Shown: positions 8,215 through 12,381 of the stretch, in pieces
How the letters are laid out: each line of letters opens with the position of its first letter
How positions within the stretch are numbered: position 1 is the stretch's first letter
Assembly (NCBI RefSeq): GCF_006345805.1
Contig: NW_021826582.1
Coordinates: 1 to 12,381 of the forward strand
Direction of reading: 5' to 3'
Source of the DNA: Octopus sinensis
Lineage: Eukaryota
Length of the DNA stretch: 12,381 bases
The notes under the pieces: model-generated
The model's input: only the letters and a program-made list of their open reading frames with translations
Told to the model about the DNA's origin: nothing
The model's database searches: none
Made by a program: the position numbers and the translations under genes

Positions 8215-8430
8215 ACTTCCTACCCGACACCCCTCTTCCCCCCTATTTACACCCCACCCTCCTCCACTATCTCCCCCCCCTTTCGCACACTATATCTCCT
8301 CTCCATATCCTCCTCAAATCTCTCCCATATCTTTCCTCCGCTGTGCCCCCCACCCCACCCCCCATTATCCATTCCCACATTTACTCACCCTCTCCAACCC
8401 GCCTCCTACCCCCTCCACCCACTCTTTCTT
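8215..8430. repeat. C-rich polypyrimidine low-complexity tract
   Basis: Many C3-C7 runs and very few G on the + strand. Confidence 0.85.
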
Positions 8431-8524
8431 GTTTCAGTTAAATGAATTCATTATTTTCTTCTAATTAAAAACATAACAATATGGGATGCCAACGACAACA
8501 TCAATAATAATAATCATAATAACA

Positions 8525-8735
8525 ATGGTTTCAAATTTTGTCACAAGTACAGCCATTTTGGGGGTGAGGGGATGAGTGGATCAACCCCAGTGTTTCACTG
8601 GTACTCAATTTATCGAGCTCGAAAGGATGAAAGGCAAAGTCGACCTCGGCAGAATTTGAACACGGAACGAAGCGACGGGCGAAATACCGCCATGCATTTC
8701 GTCCAGCGTGCTGACGATTCTGCCAGCGCGACGCC
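8525..8735 (-). mobile_element. Full-length family-2 SINE (Meta/MESC-like core, tail type A) within an AAT-rich site
   Basis: The minus strand reads GGCGTCGCGCTGGCAGAATCG (A box)...GTGTTCAAATTCTGCC (B box)...CTTTGCCTTTCATCCTTTCG...tail ending GTGACAAAATTTGAAACCAT. Confidence 0.92.
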
Positions 8736-8753
8736 TTAATAATAATACTAATA

Positions 8754-9202
8754 ATGATTTTAAATTTTACCACGCGAGCAGCCATTTCTGGGTGAGGGGA
8801 TGAGTCGATTACATCGACCCCAGTGTTTCACTGGTACTTAATTTATCGACTACGAAAGAACGAATGGCAAAGTCGACCTAGACGGATTTTGAACTCAGAA
8901 CGTAAAGACAGACGAAATACCTATTTCTTTACTACCCACAAAGGGCTAAACACAGAGGGAACAAACAAGGACAGACAAAGCGATTAAGTCGATTACATCG
9001 ACTCCAGTGCATAACTGGTACTTATTTAATCGACCACGAAAGGATGAAAGGCAAAGTCGACCTCGGCGGAATTTCAACTCAGAACGTAGCGACAGATGAA
9101 ATACCTATTTCTTTACTACCACAAGGGGCTAAACACAGAGGGGACAAACAAGGACAAACAAACGGATTAAGTCGATTATATCGACCCCAGTGCGTAACTG
9201 GT
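8754..9202 (-). mobile_element. Head-to-tail array of 5'-truncated family-2 SINE units (184-bp period)
   Basis: The junction GAAATACC|TATTTC occurs at 8914-8927 and 9098-9111, 184 bp apart. Inner units carry tail B (TATTTCTTTACTACCCACAAGGGGCTAAACACAGAGGG on +). The distal unit 8754-8921 carries tail A. Confidence 0.9.
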
Positions 9203-9436
9203 CGCCCATGCATACCAGCCTCCCCTCTCTACACCACTGATGTTATCCAAGGGAAAGGCAAAGGGGCCGATACAGCTTGGTACCAGTGACGTCCCAACTC
9301 ATTTCTACAGCTGAGTGAACTGGAGCAACGTGAAATAAAGTGTCTTGCTTAAGAACACAACACGCAGCCCGGTCCGGGATTCGAACTCACAACCTCACTA
9401 TCGTAAGCTCGACGCTCTAACCACTGAGTCATGCAC
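9203..9436 (-). mobile_element. tRNA-derived SINE, family 4, lacking its 3' end and fused to the array
   Basis: The minus strand reads GTGCATGACTCAGTGGTTAGAGCG (A box)...GAGTTCGAATCCCGG (B box)...CTTAAGCAAGACACTTTATTTCACGTTGCTCC (CORE/V-like body). It runs directly into the family-2 core at 9202. Confidence 0.88.
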
Positions 9437-9564
9437 ATTTCTGTAGAAGTTTATATTAGTGGTTAAATTTGTTGTATAATCCCTGGTCCAGCAGATCTTT
9501 AATTCACACTAAGTCCATCTAGGACTACATTATCTATAGTTACTATCAAATCGACGCCGACTTA

Positions 9565-9675
9565 TTAGCACGTAACATATAAGATGCTTTGAACCATTTA
9601 TCCCGTCTCTTCGCGCGATGTGTTCAAATCCCATTGAGATCAACATTTGCTTCCATACTTTTGGAGCTATGGAAG
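9565..9675 (+). mobile_element. Highly diverged family-2 SINE fragment
   Basis: TTAGCACG..GATGCTT..CATTT.TCCCGTCTCTT..GTGTTCAAATCCCATTGAGATCAACATTTGCTTCCATACTTTTGGAG aligns with the family-2 head and core. Confidence 0.55.
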
Positions 9676-9975
9676 AATGTGCAAATACTGTGACCACACA
9701 TATAATCACTCACACATATTGCGTAACCTTTCGCGCGAAATCATTTACTTGCAATGGTGTACGAAGCAAACTGGCACAGAACAATTGTTACTCATAAGAA
9801 AATGGTGTTGTGTTCATTCTTCGTCTTTTTACACTATGTTACTCTACCTAAGAATTCGACACTGCGAGGCACCTGGACTTTCTGTAAGAATGGTCTGTGG
9901 ATTTTTCTCAAAGCTGCTACATGAGATAGATAGATAAGCAGACAGACAGACAGACAGACAGATATGTAGGTAGGT

Positions 9976-10350
9976 ACAAACAAGGACAGACAAAGGGATT
10001 GAGTCGATTATATCGACTCAGTGTGTAACTGGTACATTGTATATCGACCCCGAAATGATGAAAGGCAAAGTCGGCCTCGGCGGAATTTGAACTCAGAACG
10101 TAAAGACAGACGAAATACCTATTTGTTTACTACTCACAAGGGGCTAAACATAGAGGGGACAAACAAGGTCAGACAAACGGATTAAGTCCGTTATATCGAC
10201 CCCAGTGCGTAACTGGTACTTAATTTATCGCCCCCGAAAGGATGAAAGTCAAAGTCGACCTCGGCGGAATTTGAACTCAGAACGTAACGGCAGACGAAAT
10301 ACCGCTAAGCATTTCGTCCAGCGTGCTAACCATTCTGCCAGCTCGCCGCC
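9976..10350 (-). mobile_element. Family-2 SINE dimer: full-headed unit plus head-truncated unit, 184-bp period
   Basis: The full head starts at 10350 (GGCGGCGAGCTGGCAGAATGG). GAAATACC at 10296 (intact head) and at 10112 (junction GAAATACC|TATTTG) are 184 bp apart. The left end abuts a GATA/GACA microsatellite at about 9924-9965. Confidence 0.92.
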
Positions 10351-10872
10351 TTTATACGTACCTACTTATGTAAGGAGACAGACAGCAAAAAGATTCACTA
10401 AAATGCAGATAGAAATTTATTGTGTATGTTGATGACTGTGATGTAGCAATGTGACGTAGTGTCTCGTATCACGTGCCGCGCTGGATGGCGGTGATGGTGG
10501 TGGGTAGTGACGGCGATGTTTGTGGGAGCTGGGTGGAAGTAGACAAAGAACGCCACCTGCCAAATTAGATTTTTTTATTTTAATTTTTTTTTGTAATTTC
10601 GAATGCTTATCTTCGTTTCGTCTACCGAAGGTGAAAATTAAAAAAAACATCCAAAAATAAAGATTTCAAAAAAAAAAAAACCCATTATCATTAAACCCCC
10701 CATCAGCACACCATCCTTCCACCCCTACCACCACGCATTGTTTTTAGTAATTTCTCGGTGAATTGTCCCTTCCATCCGCCGACCTCCTCGTAATTATAAC
10801 AATAAACACTACTACACTTGTTTTCCCCAGCAGCGTTTGTCGCCCTTGTGGCAAATAAGCGCCATTATCATA

Positions 10873-10894
10873 CTCCTCCTCCTCCTCCTCCTCC

Positions 10895-10928
<34 letters not shown>

Positions 10929-10984
10929 CAATATTATTATTATCATCATCATCATCATCATTATCATCATTATCATTATTATTA

Positions 10985-11033
<49 letters not shown>

Positions 11034-11144
11034 TTTATTATCATTATTATCATTATTATTATTATCATTATTATCATTATTATTATTATCATTATTATCA
11101 TTATTATTATCATTATCATCATCATTATCATCATCATTATTATT

Positions 11145-11179
<35 letters not shown>

Positions 11180-11193
11180 CATTATTATCATCA

Positions 11194-11242
<49 letters not shown>

Positions 11243-11312
11243 CATTATTATTATTATTATTGTTATTATTATTATTGTTTATTTTATTCGTATTATTATT
11301 ATTATTATTAAT
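10873..11312. repeat. Long compound (CCT)n-(ATT/ATC)n trinucleotide microsatellite
   Basis: Directly visible. It is the source of the poly-N, poly-I and poly-Y/H ORFs. Confidence 0.97.
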
Positions 11313-11557
11313 TCGTATCATTTGTTTTTAAATTTCTGAATGTATTTCACTTTCCGCTTCGCCATTAGTGTCTCGCCATTATCGTTACAAGAATTGCTGG
11401 AGTTATTGTCTTCGTTATATTCTTCCCGTTGTTGTTGCTTCTGAGTGTGATTTTAATTGTCTTCTTCCGTATTGTTGATGTTGTGTGTCGCAGATGTCTA
11501 CCCAGGTAATTAATCAGGGTGTCTTATATTATACTCAACACGCAAATGTGTATGTGC

Positions 11558-11602
<45 letters not shown>

Positions 11603-11611
<9 letters not shown>

Positions 11612-11754
11612 GTACACACATACACATATATATACAAATATATGTATATGTACACACATACACATATATATACAAATATATGTATATGTACACACATACA
11701 CATATATATACATATATATGTATATGTACACACATACACATATATATACATATA
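11603..11754. repeat. 38-bp higher-order repeat x4 inside a TA/CA microsatellite field (about 11545-11930)
   Basis: The unit TATGTATATGTACACACATACACATATATATACA(A/T)ATA starts at 11603, 11641, 11679 and 11717. Confidence 0.92.
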
Positions 11755-12334
11755 TATATACATATATATATTTATATACATATATATATATATATATATC
11801 GTTATGCCTGTGTGTGTATATATATAAATTATATATATACACATTCAAATGAATATATGTGTATACATTATACATATATGCTTTTATAAATGTATACACA
11901 CACACACACACACACACACACGCGTGTGTGTATGTTTATCTTTCCCTCAAGATATCCTGATGCGATAAAGGGTGCACAAGCGGCAAACAGTGAGTTTGCC
12001 TTTCTCCGTCCCGTCTCCTCTCACCGCCACCTCACCCCACCTGGCACCCGGGAAAAAAGGAGAGACATAGCAATTGAAGTGTATGGGGTCGGTGTGTTGG
12101 TTCAGAGTATTTTGTGGATTTCGGGGTGAGAAAACAGACAAATCCTCGATTTGAGAGTTAGTTTTCCAGGATTGGTTTATTATTTTATTTTTATTTTCGT
12201 TTCCTTCGTCTTTTTCTTTTTTTTTCATATTTTTAATACTTTTTAAAAAAAATATTTCATTTATTTATTTATTTCTGCCCCTTATTTTGACGTTTTTCTT
12301 ATTACGTAATCTGGCGTTTTTGGATGGTATTTTT

Positions 12335-12381
12335 GGCGGCGGCGGCGGTGGTGGTGGTGGTGGTGGTGGTGGTGGTGGTGG
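12335..12381. repeat. (GGC)4-(GGT)n microsatellite running off the window end
   Basis: Directly visible. Confidence 0.95.

Noticed and set aside
9680-9745. CKYCDHTYNHSHILRNL in the 96-aa ORF at 9647-9937, with C2H2-like spacing of C, C, Y and L
   Set aside because: Both zinc-binding histidines are absent, the segment overlaps a decayed SINE end and CA-rich sequence, and the rest of the ORF is unrecognisable. A profile search would settle it.
10565-10680. T-rich then A-rich quasi-palindrome resembling a terminator or hairpin
   Set aside because: The pairing is almost entirely low-complexity A/T runs with only a 5-bp GC-containing stem.
10812-11917. Poly-Asn, poly-Ile, poly-Tyr/His and YI-rich ORFs
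   Set aside because: Microsatellite read-through on both strands.
1-12381. Prokaryotic-style defence or operon system
   Set aside because: No gene-dense region, ribosome-binding sites or recognisable enzyme ORFs. Every coding remnant is transposon-derived or fragmentary.

Overview
AT-rich, repeat-saturated eukaryotic non-coding DNA (intergenic or intronic). The mix of tRNA-derived SINEs and long TA/TG/AAT microsatellites is typical of an octopus/coleoid genome; this is my recognition, not a database result. No intact protein-coding gene is supported, and the supplied ORFs are microsatellite or repeat read-throughs. Contents: about a dozen tRNA-headed SINE copies or fragments from at least 4 families; a decayed RTE-type LINE 3' fragment (820-1059, minus); a two-finger C2H2 coding remnant that is probably a LINE ORF end (5786-6042, minus, missed by the ORF track); an internally deleted mariner with TIRs (6094-6933); a foldback element (6939-7227); a six-module degenerate array (4639-5309); and several tandem repeats. 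The most unusual signal is a set of head-to-tail SINE concatemers with an exact 184-bp period. They are always joined at the same base, inside the anticodon-arm-like loop of the tRNA head, and the join forms a palindrome. The window also holds several local fold-back or inversion events.
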